Made by a program: the position numbers and the translations under genes | Notes under the pieces: generated by a model | What the model was told of the DNA's origin: nothing | The model's input: only the letters and a program-made list of their open reading frames with translations | Databases searched by the model: none | Origin: Gemmatimonadota bacterium | Lineage (GTDB): Bacteria > Gemmatimonadota > Gemmatimonadetes > Gemmatimonadales > GWC2-71-9 | NCBI GenBank assembly: GCA_003221895.1 | Contig: QHUJ01000117.1 | Location: 9,379 to 73,378, forward strand | Length of the DNA stretch: 64,000 nucleotides | Reading direction: 5' to 3' | Shown here: positions 56,127 to 64,000 of the stretch, piece after piece | Position numbering within the stretch: position 1 is the stretch's first letter | Layout of the letters: each line of letters begins with the position of its first letter

Positions 56127-57597
56127 AGTAGTCGCTGACGTTGATGCCGTATTTGACCGGGTCGGTGACCTTGACGATGGTGCGCGGGTAGTTGCCGTTC
56201 GCGTCTTTCTCCGACAGATCGACCACCGTCCCGGGCTTGAGCAGCGCGCCATCCGGGGTCGTGACGATCCGGACCACAGGGCGATGCACGTGCCCCACGT
56301 CGGGGTTGGCGTTGTGCACGAGCGCCACCTCGTACGTGTCCAGAATGACGCACGTTCCGACGGGATAGATGCCGATCAGGTTGATGAACGCCTTGACCAC
56401 GACCGGATCGTAGCCGCGGCGCGGGTTTTCCCACATCTCCTTCAGCACCTGATCGGGTTGGATGGGGACGGTCTGATACACGCGCCGGCTCGTCGCCGCA
56501 TCGAACCCGTCCGCCACCGCGATGATCTTGGAATAGATCGAGAGAATGCGCGGGCGAATCGACTTGGGATAGCCGGTCAGGTCGATCTTCATGTGGTGCT
56601 CGTACGCCACGACCATTCCCCGATACGGGATCTCGCCGTAGCCGCGCAACCCGAACAGCGTGAGCACGCCGAGCCACGGATGCGCCTGCATGATCCGCCA
56701 TTCTTCCTCGGTGAGGCCGCCGTCCTTATTCAGAACCTCGAGCGGCACGCGCGATTTCCCCACGTCGTGGAACAGCGCCGCCATGCCGACATCGTAGAGC
56801 TGCAGCTTGGTGAGTCCCAGCTTGCGGCCCAGCGCGACCGAGAAGATGCAGACGTTGACCGAGTGGGTGAACGTGTACTCATCGTAGTCGCGCAGCGTGG
56901 TGAGGCCGACGAGCGACGACTCGTTATTGAGCACTTGATCGACGATCGCCTGCACGGCGCGCTTCACCTTCTTCACGTTGGCCGTGCGACCCATGCGAAT
57001 GCTGTTGATGACTTCCTTGGTGACCGCCACCGAGCGCGCGTAGGTGCGCTTGGCCGCTTCCTTCTGCCGCTCCTCCTCCTCGACGTCCTCTTCCGCCTCG
57101 AGCGGCGGCTCGACGCTGATGAACGAGACGCCTCCGTCCGTCAGCTTCTGCGACAGCTCGAACAACTTGTTGGGGTTCGCTTCCTTCGCCGCGTACGACA
57201 GCAGCAGCGACACAAACACCTGCAGCTGGCGACGGTCTACGCCTTCGTCCATGCGCACCGCGCCAACACCGCATTGCTGGAAGATGTTGAGGATGTGCGA
57301 GAAGGACGCATAGTTGTCGAGGTCGAGTCGGAGGCGCGTCGAGTTCACGAAGATGAACTCGCCCTGGATGCGAATCTCGAGCTCGCGCTCGACGTCGAGC
57401 AGCTGTTTGGTGGTGGCCGAGAGATCGTCGAGTGCCTTCTGCACCTGGGCGTTCTCGATGGGATACAGCTTCAGCGAGCGGAACGCGGTGTACATCACGA
57501 CCAGGAAGTCCCGACCGGCGTGACGGAGGAAACCGTCCGTGGTCTGGACGGTCTCCATCATCGACGGGCGCTTCCCGCCGCCGGCGGGTGCCGTCAT
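56119..57597 (-). CDS. HD-GYP domain protein (putative c-di-GMP phosphodiesterase)
   Basis: HSVNV...LFHDVGK...HHMKIDLTGYPK (the HD and GYP motifs). N-terminal ~150-aa domain of unknown function. Confidence 0.85.
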   Translation of the reverse strand: MTAPAGGGKRPSMMETVQTTDGFLRHAGRDFLVVMYTAFRSLKLYPIENAQVQKALDDLSATTKQLLDVERELEIRIQGEFIFVNSTRLRLDLDNYASFSHILNIFQQCGVGAVRMDEGVDRRQLQVFVSLLLSYAAKEANPNKLFELSQKLTDGGVSFISVEPPLEAEEDVEEEERQKEAAKRTYARSVAVTKEVINSIRMGRTANVKKVKRAVQAIVDQVLNNESSLVGLTTLRDYDEYTFTHSVNVCIFSVALGRKLGLTKLQLYDVGMAALFHDVGKSRVPLEVLNKDGGLTEEEWRIMQAHPWLGVLTLFGLRGYGEIPYRGMVVAYEHHMKIDLTGYPKSIRPRILSIYSKIIAVADGFDAATSRRVYQTVPIQPDQVLKEMWENPRRGYDPVVVKAFINLIGIYPVGTCVILDTYEVALVHNANPDVGHVHRPVVRIVTTPDGALLKPGTVVDLSEKDANGNYPRTIVKVTDPVKYGINVSDYFV

Positions 57598-59261
57598 GTG
57601 GCCGGCCCGACCTCGCGCAGCGCGCGATTCACCGCGTTGCGGACGAGCGGCTCCTTATCCTGCATGACCTTTTCCAGCACGTCGCGCGCCGCCGGCGTGC
57701 GGATCTTGCCGAGCGCCATCGCGGCACAGGCGCGCGTTTCGGGATCCTCCTTGCGCGCCAGCAAGCCTTTGGAGATCAGGATTTTCTCCAGCGCCGCGAT
57801 GCCCGGGGCGCCGGCGAGCGAGCCGTAGGCTTCGAAAAACGCCATCTTCTCGGTGAGGTCGGCTTCCTTCAGCTTCGCCCCCAGCACGGCGGCCTCGATG
57901 CGGGGGAACGCATTGCGGTGCCCGCGTTGGCCCAGAAACTTGACCGCGGTAATCCGGACGTCGCGCTCCCCGTCGTCGATCGCCTTCTCGAGGAGGCGGG
58001 TCGCGCTGGGGCTGCCGATGGTGGTGAGCGCTTCGACGACGGCCAGCTTCAGATCGCGCTCGCCGTGTTCGAGCAGCGGCCCCATCCCCTCCGGCGCTCC
58101 GGTCAGCTTCAGGCGGCCGGCGACGCGGACCATCTCGATCTGCACGACCGCATCGCTGCTCGCGAGCGCCTTGAGCACTTCCCCTGCGTGTGCTTGCGCC
58201 AGGCGTTCGGCCGATGACTGCACCAGCGCGCGCACGCGCTCGTTATGCAGTTTCGGCAGCCAGCCCATGAGGGGCGTCAACGCGTCGGCGCGCAGCTCAC
58301 TGAACAGCTCGCTCAGGTCCTCTTCGGTCGGATGACTTGTCGCTTCGTCCAGCGACTGCAGCAGCTGGGACAGCGCATCGGCCTGGGAGAGGCGGGTCGG
58401 CAGCTGCTCGAGGACCTGGCGGTGCTCGGGGATCACCTCGCGGGCGCGCTGCAGAATGACCTTGCATTCGCGCAGGATGAACGCGACCGAGCGGAAGTCT
58501 CCCGCGCCCAGCAGATACGGGATGAAGTTCTCGACGATCGAAATCAGCTCCGCGCGGACCGTGCCGTAGATCTGCAGCTCCAGCAGGTCGAACAGCATCG
58601 CGAGCACATTGCGGCGCAGGTCCTGCGCGTACTCGCGCTCGACCTCTTTGTGGAGATACTCGATCTCCTTGTCGTCGAGGAAGTAGAGCGTGGTGTCGAA
58701 GTCGTCGACCGAAACGAGCCCCTCGCGCTTGGGGGGCGCTTCCTCTTCGACCTGGCGCCGAATCGCCATGGGATCGGTCGAGCCGCCCTCGTCGCCGGGC
58801 GTCCCTCCTGCTCCGCCGATACTCGGACCCGCCTCCGAGCGCTCGATGGGGACGGCGTTCTCGGTGGCAAGCTCACGGAATGTGTAGCTGATGAGCTGGA
58901 AGTCTTCCGCCCACAGCAGCGTCAGCAGATCGTCGGGCGCGTCCGCCTGCAGGTTCTTGGCCTGCTGCAGGACGCCGAGGAAGCGGACGATTTCGAGGTC
59001 TTCCACACCGGGCTTGAAGCTCAGCGAGCGCACGCCGTCCTTGTACAGCGTCCACGCGATACTCTCGTGGCGCTGATCCTGGTTGTAGATGACGTGATCT
59101 TCCCAGCGCATTTCCGTTTCGCCGATGTCCAGGATCAGATCATCCGTGGCTTGCCAGATCTGGCGGAAGGCGGTGCGGATGTTCTCGACTGCGCGCTGGT
59201 AGACGGGGTTGTTCGGCATGTACAGCTGCGTCGCCCGCATCCCTTTGCTGACGATCTGCAT
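57594..59261 (-). CDS. HEAT-repeat protein with an N-terminal domain paralogous to that of the HD-GYP protein
   Basis: C-terminal PBS-lyase/HEAT-like repeats (DVRITAVKFLGQRG, TRACAAMALGKIRTPAARDVL, EPLVRNAVNRALREV). ATG 59261 is preceded by GGAGGAG. Alternatives are GTG 59273 or CTG 59324. The stop overlaps the HD-GYP start (ATGA). Confidence 0.6.
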   Translation of the reverse strand: MQIVSKGMRATQLYMPNNPVYQRAVENIRTAFRQIWQATDDLILDIGETEMRWEDHVIYNQDQRHESIAWTLYKDGVRSLSFKPGVEDLEIVRFLGVLQQAKNLQADAPDDLLTLLWAEDFQLISYTFRELATENAVPIERSEAGPSIGGAGGTPGDEGGSTDPMAIRRQVEEEAPPKREGLVSVDDFDTTLYFLDDKEIEYLHKEVEREYAQDLRRNVLAMLFDLLELQIYGTVRAELISIVENFIPYLLGAGDFRSVAFILRECKVILQRAREVIPEHRQVLEQLPTRLSQADALSQLLQSLDEATSHPTEEDLSELFSELRADALTPLMGWLPKLHNERVRALVQSSAERLAQAHAGEVLKALASSDAVVQIEMVRVAGRLKLTGAPEGMGPLLEHGERDLKLAVVEALTTIGSPSATRLLEKAIDDGERDVRITAVKFLGQRGHRNAFPRIEAAVLGAKLKEADLTEKMAFFEAYGSLAGAPGIAALEKILISKGLLARKEDPETRACAAMALGKIRTPAARDVLEKVMQDKEPLVRNAVNRALREVGPAT

Positions 59262-59320
59262 CAGCTCCTCCACCTGTGAGGGTGGGAGGGCCAGCTCGGG
59301 GACCTCGGGCGCGGGATTCG

Positions 59321-60508
59321 TCAGAGCGCGGCTCCCGTAAGCTCCGCGACCATGGCGACGTCTTTGTCGCCACGACCGCTCAAATTGATGAGGATGAGAT
59401 CGTCGGAGGCTCGGCGGCTCTTCAACACCCACGCGATGGCGTGGGCACTCTCAAGTGCCGGGAGGATGCCTTCCAGCCGCGAGAGGGCGGCGAAGGCATC
59501 CAGGGCCTCCCGATCAGTCACGGCGTCATACAATACGCGACCCGTGTCCTTCAGGTAAGCGTGCTCCGGGCCCACGCCCGGGTAGTCGAGACCCGCCGAA
59601 ACACTATGAGCGGGCTGGACCTGCCCGTCGGCGTCCTGCAACAAATAACTCAGACTCCCGTGGAACACGCCCGGCCGTCCGGCGCCCAGCGTCGCCGCGT
59701 GCCGATGACTGGCGACCCCCTCGCCTGCCGCTTCCACGCCCACGAGCTGCACGCCGGAGTCCGCGAGGAACGCGGTAAAGATTCCCATCGCGTTCGAGCC
59801 GCCGCCCACGCACGCCACGACAACGGTGGGCAGCCGCCCGAGTTGCTCGAGGACCTGAGCACGCGCTTCGCGTCCGATGACTGACTGGAAGTCGCGGACC
59901 AGACGCGGAAACGGATCTGGTCCGACCACCGAGCCGATGATGTAGTGGGTGGTAGTGACATTCGTGACCCAGTCGCGCAACGCTTCGTTGGTGGCGTCCT
60001 TGAGCGTCCGCGTTCCCGACGTCACGGGGACGACCTTGGCGCCCATCAATTCCATGCGGTACACGTTGAGCCGCTGGCGGCGCATGTCTGCTTCGCCCAT
60101 GTAGACGATGCACTCGAGGCCGAAGCGCGCGCACACCGTCGCTGTGGCGACGCCATGCTGCCCGGCTCCCGTCTCGGCGATGATACGCCGCTTCTTCATG
60201 CGCTGCGCCAGCAGCACCTGGCCGAGCGTGTTGTTGATCTTGTGAGCGCCCGTATGGTTCAAGTCTTCACGTTTTAGAATGACCTTGGCGCCAACCTGGG
60301 CGGAAAGGCGCGGGACCGCGGTGATGGGCGTCGGCCGGCCCACGTAGTTGCGGAGCAGGTCGTCCAGCTCCGACCAGAACCGCGGATCGGCCCGGGCCGC
60401 ATCATACACGGCCGCCAACTCCTCCAGCGCATGCATCAATGTTTCGGGGACGTAGCGACCACCGTAGGGGCCGAATCTGCCGGTAACGGATGTGTCGTGT
60501 GCGCTCAT
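59321..60508 (-). CDS. trpB: Tryptophan synthase beta chain
   Basis: [26 protein letters not shown] (PLP Lys), GGGSNAMG. Confidence 0.95.
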   Translation of the reverse strand: MSAHDTSVTGRFGPYGGRYVPETLMHALEELAAVYDAARADPRFWSELDDLLRNYVGRPTPITAVPRLSAQVGAKVILKREDLNHTGAHKINNTLGQVLLAQRMKKRRIIAETGAGQHGVATATVCARFGLECIVYMGEADMRRQRLNVYRMELMGAKVVPVTSGTRTLKDATNEALRDWVTNVTTTHYIIGSVVGPDPFPRLVRDFQSVIGREARAQVLEQLGRLPTVVVACVGGGSNAMGIFTAFLADSGVQLVGVEAAGEGVASHRHAATLGAGRPGVFHGSLSYLLQDADGQVQPAHSVSAGLDYPGVGPEHAYLKDTGRVLYDAVTDREALDAFAALSRLEGILPALESAHAIAWVLKSRRASDDLILINLSGRGDKDVAMVAELTGAAL

Positions 60509-60515
60509 CGTTGTT

Positions 60516-60533
60516 CACACCCTGAAGGGTGTG
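60516..60533 (-). other. Intercistronic stem-loop between trpC and trpB
   Basis: CACACCC-tgaa-GGGTGTG, a 7-bp perfect stem 8 nt upstream of the trpB ATG. No Shine-Dalgarno is visible between them. Confidence 0.4.
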
Positions 60534-60548
60534 CGTTAGCCGGTCGAT

Positions 60549-61358
60549 TCACGATCGAACTCCGCTCTCTCTTTTTACTCCAACCAACTCTCGCACCGCC
60601 CCTTCAGGATCACCGTGCCGAGCCACACTCGTCCCCACGAGGACCAAGTCGGCCCCCGCCGCGGCGAGGCGCTCCACGTCTGCGCGGCGCTCGACCCCGC
60701 TTTCGGCCACCACGGTCACTCCCGCTGGCACCCGGCTGATGATTTGCTCGGCTCCTCGGAGGTCGAGATCGAACGTCGTGAGATCCCGCGCGTTCACGCC
60801 CAGGACGCTGGGGCGCGCTGCCAGGGCGGCGTCGAGCTCAGCTTCAGCATGGACCTCGACGAGCGTCGCCAATCCCCAGGTGCGGGCTGCCTTGCCCAGC
60901 ATGCGCAGCTGTTCGGGCGAGACGGCACGGGCGATCAGCAGCACGGCGCTCGCGCCGGCAGCTCGCGCTTCCATTATTTGCAGCTCGTCGAGGATGAAGT
61001 CCTTGCGGAGCACGGGTACGGAGACCGCAGCAGCAACGCGAGACAGGTCCTCGAGCGATCCTCCAAAGTGCGTCCCTTCGGTGAGCACCGAAACGGCCAT
61101 GGCGCCGCCGCGCAGGTACGCCCGCGCGTGGACCACCGGATCGAGGTCGGTGCGGATCGCGCCCTGCGACGGGGAGCGGCGCTTCACTTCCGCGATCAGG
61201 CCGACGGTACCGCCGACGTCGCCGGGGAACGGGCGGACGGCCGGGCCCGCCGCGGCCGCTCTTTCCAGCTCCGCAGCACTAACACGCAGCGCGGTCACCC
61301 GCGAGCGCGCTTCCGCCAGAATAGCGTTTAGTGAGGCGTGGTGCGGGTTTTCAGGCAT
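60549..61358 (-). CDS. trpC: Indole-3-glycerol phosphate synthase
   Basis: LIAEVKRRSPSQG, AVSVLTE, LRKDFI, VAESG. Confidence 0.9.
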   Translation of the reverse strand: MPENPHHASLNAILAEARSRVTALRVSAAELERAAAAGPAVRPFPGDVGGTVGLIAEVKRRSPSQGAIRTDLDPVVHARAYLRGGAMAVSVLTEGTHFGGSLEDLSRVAAAVSVPVLRKDFILDELQIMEARAAGASAVLLIARAVSPEQLRMLGKAARTWGLATLVEVHAEAELDAALAARPSVLGVNARDLTTFDLDLRGAEQIISRVPAGVTVVAESGVERRADVERLAAAGADLVLVGTSVARHGDPEGAVRELVGVKRESGVRS

Positions 61359-61365
61359 CCTTGCG

Positions 61366-61409
61366 TTCGGTTGATTTTCGGGTAGATTAGTTTTTCGGTA
61401 AATCTTCGG
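61366..61409. promoter_or_regulatory. Four TTCGG direct repeats in the trpC-lexA divergent region (candidate operator)
   Basis: TTCGG at 61366, 61377, 61394 and 61405, i.e. two units of TTCGG-N6-TTCGGG 28 bp apart. The first overlaps GTTC-N7-TTTC. AT-rich relative to its surroundings. Confidence 0.4.
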
Positions 61410-61417
61410 GAGCCACC

Positions 61418-62026
61418 ATGCCGGTCACGCGTCGCCAGCGCGAGATCCTCGACTACATCACCAAGCACCTCGATGACAAGGGGTATGCTCCCAGCTTCGA
61501 GGAGATCGCCCGTCAGTTCGGCTTCCAGTCCCTCGCGACGGTTCACGAGCACCTCACCAATCTGGAACGCAAGGGATACATCCGCCGCACGCACAACGAA
61601 AGCCGCGCGATCGAAGTCGTTCCGCCCAAGGGTCAGACCGGGGCCACGGAGCTGCCGTTGCTGGGCCTGGTGGCGGCCGGACACCCGATCGAGGCGGTCA
61701 CGAACGACGAAACCATTGCGGTCCCCGATGAGCTCCTGCCGCGCCGCGGGCGCAGCTATGTCCTCAAGGTGCGGGGCGATTCGATGATCGACGAGCACAT
61801 CAAGGACGGCGATTACGTCGTCGTTCAGGAACGCAATCAGGCCGACAGCGGCCAAACGGTGATCGCGCTCGTTCATGGCGCAGGCGTAACCGTCAAACGG
61901 TTCTATCGTGAGCCCGGCGGCTGGATCAGGCTACAGCCCGCCAATGACACCGTGCAGCCCCTGCGCATCAACGAACGGGACGTGATCGTCCAGGGCGTGG
62001 TGGTGGGCGTCATCAGGAAATACTAG
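61418..62026 (+). CDS. lexA: LexA repressor
   Basis: Winged HTH (RQREILDYI...GYAPSFEEIA...HLTNLERKGYI), cleavage site VAAGHP, Ser GDSMID and Lys VKRF. Confidence 0.93.
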   Translation: MPVTRRQREILDYITKHLDDKGYAPSFEEIARQFGFQSLATVHEHLTNLERKGYIRRTHNESRAIEVVPPKGQTGATELPLLGLVAAGHPIEAVTNDETIAVPDELLPRRGRSYVLKVRGDSMIDEHIKDGDYVVVQERNQADSGQTVIALVHGAGVTVKRFYREPGGWIRLQPANDTVQPLRINERDVIVQGVVVGVIRKY

Positions 62027-63047
62027 CCGTAGCCTTGCGCAGCCGGTCGAGCGCGCCGCGCGCCGCTCCGGATGCGACAACCTCGCGCGCTCTGCCGATG
62101 CCCTCGGCGAGTGAGCCCGCGATGCCCGCCACGTAGATCGCCGCGCCCGCGTTCAGCAGCACGGCCGCCAGTCCCGAAGGGTCCGCAGACCCGTTTCCCA
62201 GAATTCGCTCCAACCGCTCGGCATTCGCGGCCGGTTCTCCGCCCTGCAGCTCCGCGACATCCCTGATGCCCAGGCGGAATCGCTCCGGATCGATCTCCCA
62301 GCGACGCACGCTGCCGTCCTTCACCTCCCATACATCCGTGATTCCGTGGGGGGAGATCTCATCCATGCCGACGCGGCCGTGTACGACGAGCGCGTGCTCG
62401 GCGCCGAGGCGCAGCAGCGCATCGGCGACGATGCCGGCGCGATCGGGATCGGCGACGCCAACGACCTGGCGGCGCACACTGGCCGGATTCGCGAGCGGGC
62501 CGACGAGATTCATCAGTGTCGCAGTCCCCAGCTCACGCCGGACAGCCCCCACATGCTTCATGGCCGGATGAAAGTTGGGCGCAAACAGAAATACGACGCG
62601 GGCCTCCTGCAATACTCGAGTCGCCGTTGACGCATCGAGCATGATCCGGAGGCCGAGTGCTTCGAGCACGTCCGCGGATCCGCAGCGCGACGTATACGAG
62701 CGGTTGCCATGTTTGGGGACAACCGCGCCCGCGCCGGCGGCCACGAATGCCGCGACGGTCGAAATGTTGAACGTCGATACGGTGCCGCCGCCGGTTCCGC
62801 ATGTGTCGACGAGATGTTCGTGAGGGACATCGATGCGGACCATGGTCGCGCGCAGGGCACGCGTCGCCCCGGCCAGCTCATCCGCGGTCTCGCCCTTGGC
62901 ACGCAGCCCCAGCAACAGGCCGCCGATTTGCGCCGGCGTCGCTTCGCCGCTCATCACGACGCCGAAAACCTCGGCCGTCTGCTCTTCCGAGAGCGATTGG
63001 CGATTGGCGAGTGCACTGAGCGCGCGGCGCAGCGGCGAAGCGTCCAT
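62013..63047 (-). CDS. trpD: Anthranilate phosphoribosyltransferase
   Basis: GLRAKGET, VDTCGTGGG, KHGNRS. Confidence 0.92.
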   Translation of the reverse strand: MDASPLRRALSALANRQSLSEEQTAEVFGVVMSGEATPAQIGGLLLGLRAKGETADELAGATRALRATMVRIDVPHEHLVDTCGTGGGTVSTFNISTVAAFVAAGAGAVVPKHGNRSYTSRCGSADVLEALGLRIMLDASTATRVLQEARVVFLFAPNFHPAMKHVGAVRRELGTATLMNLVGPLANPASVRRQVVGVADPDRAGIVADALLRLGAEHALVVHGRVGMDEISPHGITDVWEVKDGSVRRWEIDPERFRLGIRDVAELQGGEPAANAERLERILGNGSADPSGLAAVLLNAGAAIYVAGIAGSLAEGIGRAREVVASGAARGALDRLRKATASIS

Positions 63048-63068
63048 GGGGGTTTAAGCCTATCACCC

Positions 63069-63085
63069 TTGTCAAATAGTGACAA
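63069..63085. promoter_or_regulatory. Inverted repeat TTGTCA-N5-TGACAA in the trpD-truA divergent region
   Basis: A 6-5-6 perfect inverted repeat. Read on the minus strand it contains TTGACA. It overlaps the first possible truA start (GTG 63079). Confidence 0.3.
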
Positions 63086-63918
63086 CGAGTTGCATCTTTC
63101 CCACCGTGACGAGCCGTTCCCACCCCTTCCTCGCGGTGGTCCAGTACGACGGGAGCGGCTTCGCAGGGTGGCAGCGGCAGCCGAAGGATCGCACAGTTCA
63201 AGCGGATTTCGAGGCGGTGCTGGAGCGCCTCATGGGTCGCCGCACCGTCGCGACCGGCGCCGGCCGCACCGACACCGGGGTTCATGCCCTGGGCCAGGGC
63301 GTCAGTTTTCTGGGGAGCGCGCGGTGGGATACAGAGCCGAACGCGCTCCGTCGGGCCCTGAATGCGCTGCTGCCGCGTGAGATTTGGGTGCAGCAGGTGC
63401 ACCGGATGCGGCCGGGGTTCGATGCGCGACGCAGCGCGACGGCGCGTCGTTACCGCTATCTGATCGGAACGGACGAGGCGGCCGCGTCCCCGTTTCGCAG
63501 GCCGTACGAGTGGGCCCTCGGTCCCGGGGGGCGGGGGGGTGGCGCGCTCGACGTCAGCGCGCTCCAGCGCGCGGCGGTCGCTCTCGTGGGAGCGCACGAC
63601 TTTCGCGGCCTGGCTGCGGCCGGCGCGAACACCGCCCATTACCGATGCCGCGTGGCGCTAGCCGAATGGGCGCCGCGAGCGGACGGAATGGGGATGGCGT
63701 TCACGGTCGAGGCCGATCGGTTTCTGCATCACATGGTGCGCTTCATTGTCGGCACTATGGTCGATATCGCCCTTGGCCGGCGCCCGCCGGCGGATTTCCT
63801 CCGTCTGCTCAGTGCGACCGATAATCTGGCGGCTAGCCCGCCCGCACCGCCTCAGGGTCTGTACCTGGAGGCGGTGCAGTATCCACCGGACCTCTACGCC
63901 GAGGAGTCGACCGCATGA
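63079..63918 (+). CDS. truA: tRNA pseudouridine(38-40) synthase TruA; start may be GTG 63106
   Basis: VVQYDGSGFAGWQRQ, GAGRTDTGVHALGQ (catalytic Asp), FLHHMVR. Confidence 0.88.
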   Translation: MTTSCIFPTVTSRSHPFLAVVQYDGSGFAGWQRQPKDRTVQADFEAVLERLMGRRTVATGAGRTDTGVHALGQGVSFLGSARWDTEPNALRRALNALLPREIWVQQVHRMRPGFDARRSATARRYRYLIGTDEAAASPFRRPYEWALGPGGRGGGALDVSALQRAAVALVGAHDFRGLAAAGANTAHYRCRVALAEWAPRADGMGMAFTVEADRFLHHMVRFIVGTMVDIALGRRPPADFLRLLSATDNLAASPPAPPQGLYLEAVQYPPDLYAEESTA

Positions 63919-64000
63919 AGTTTTTCCTCGACACAGCCAGTCTCAAGGATATCAGCTGGGCGGCGCAGGCCGGGCTGATCGACGGCATCACCACGAATCC
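63915..64000 (+). CDS. Transaldolase / fructose-6-phosphate aldolase family protein (5' fragment, runs off the window)
   Basis: [29 protein letters not shown] is the typical N-terminus of the short Tal/FSA family. ATGA overlap with the truA stop. Confidence 0.8.
   Translation, partial: [28 protein letters not shown]

Noticed and set aside
59321-59324. A third CTGA stop/start overlap, at the trpB / HEAT-protein junction, as evidence for CTG initiation.
   Set aside because: A canonical ATG (59261) preceded by GGAGGAG and a GTG (59273) lie just downstream. The intervening residues ([21 protein letters not shown]) show no conserved feature, so this case is uninformative.

Overview
High-GC (roughly two-thirds G+C by eye) bacterial chromosomal segment with very high coding density. 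I saw no rRNA, tRNA, CRISPR array, transposase, integrase or prophage signal. The many secreted M16/S8/S9 peptidases and amidohydrolases, a bacilliredoxin and a split methylmalonyl-CoA mutase suggest a Gemmatimonadota- or Acidobacteriota-like soil bacterium; this is inference only. About 60 genes lie in a few long co-directional arrays whose neighbours mostly overlap by 1-4 nt (ATGA/GTGA). (1) An ECF sigma / anti-sigma / LTXXQ periplasmic protein module. (2) A TetR gene plus a paa/beta-oxidation-like acyl-CoA cluster carrying an orphan PaaA-like di-iron oxygenase. (3) A secreted module of two M16 peptidases and two amidohydrolases, each pair being one active and one degenerate copy. (4) rplU-rpmA, RNase E/G, an acyl-CoA dehydrogenase and a short RecQ-like helicase. 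(5) A prolyl oligopeptidase. (6) A divergent block of four uncharacterised genes. (7) A ~22-kb minus-strand array: ptsN-aspS-phoH-7TM/HD-ybeY-2xCorC-mgtE-meaB-mutase-eRF1-like-mutase B12 subunit-carboxyltransferase-S8 peptidase-AtuA-like-DUF4387-crotonase-bacilliredoxin-methyltransferase. (8) trpD / lexA / trpC-trpB-[HEAT, HD-GYP]-trpA-[TM-GAF-MCP]-folK-panB-small ORF-panC-HD-LytR_C. The most unusual observations are as follows. Tryptophan synthase genes trpB and trpA are split by a translationally coupled HEAT/HD-GYP signalling pair, with a GAF-MCP protein coupled to trpA. An eRF1/Pelota-like protein lacking the GGQ glutamine sits between the two methylmalonyl-CoA mutase subunits. A PaaA-like oxygenase has no partner subunits in the window. 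A ~37% GC array of six TGATCA sites at 14-bp spacing lies inside the pan operon. Two genes appear to start at CTG within a CTGA stop/start overlap. All functional calls rest on motif recognition by eye; no database search was run.
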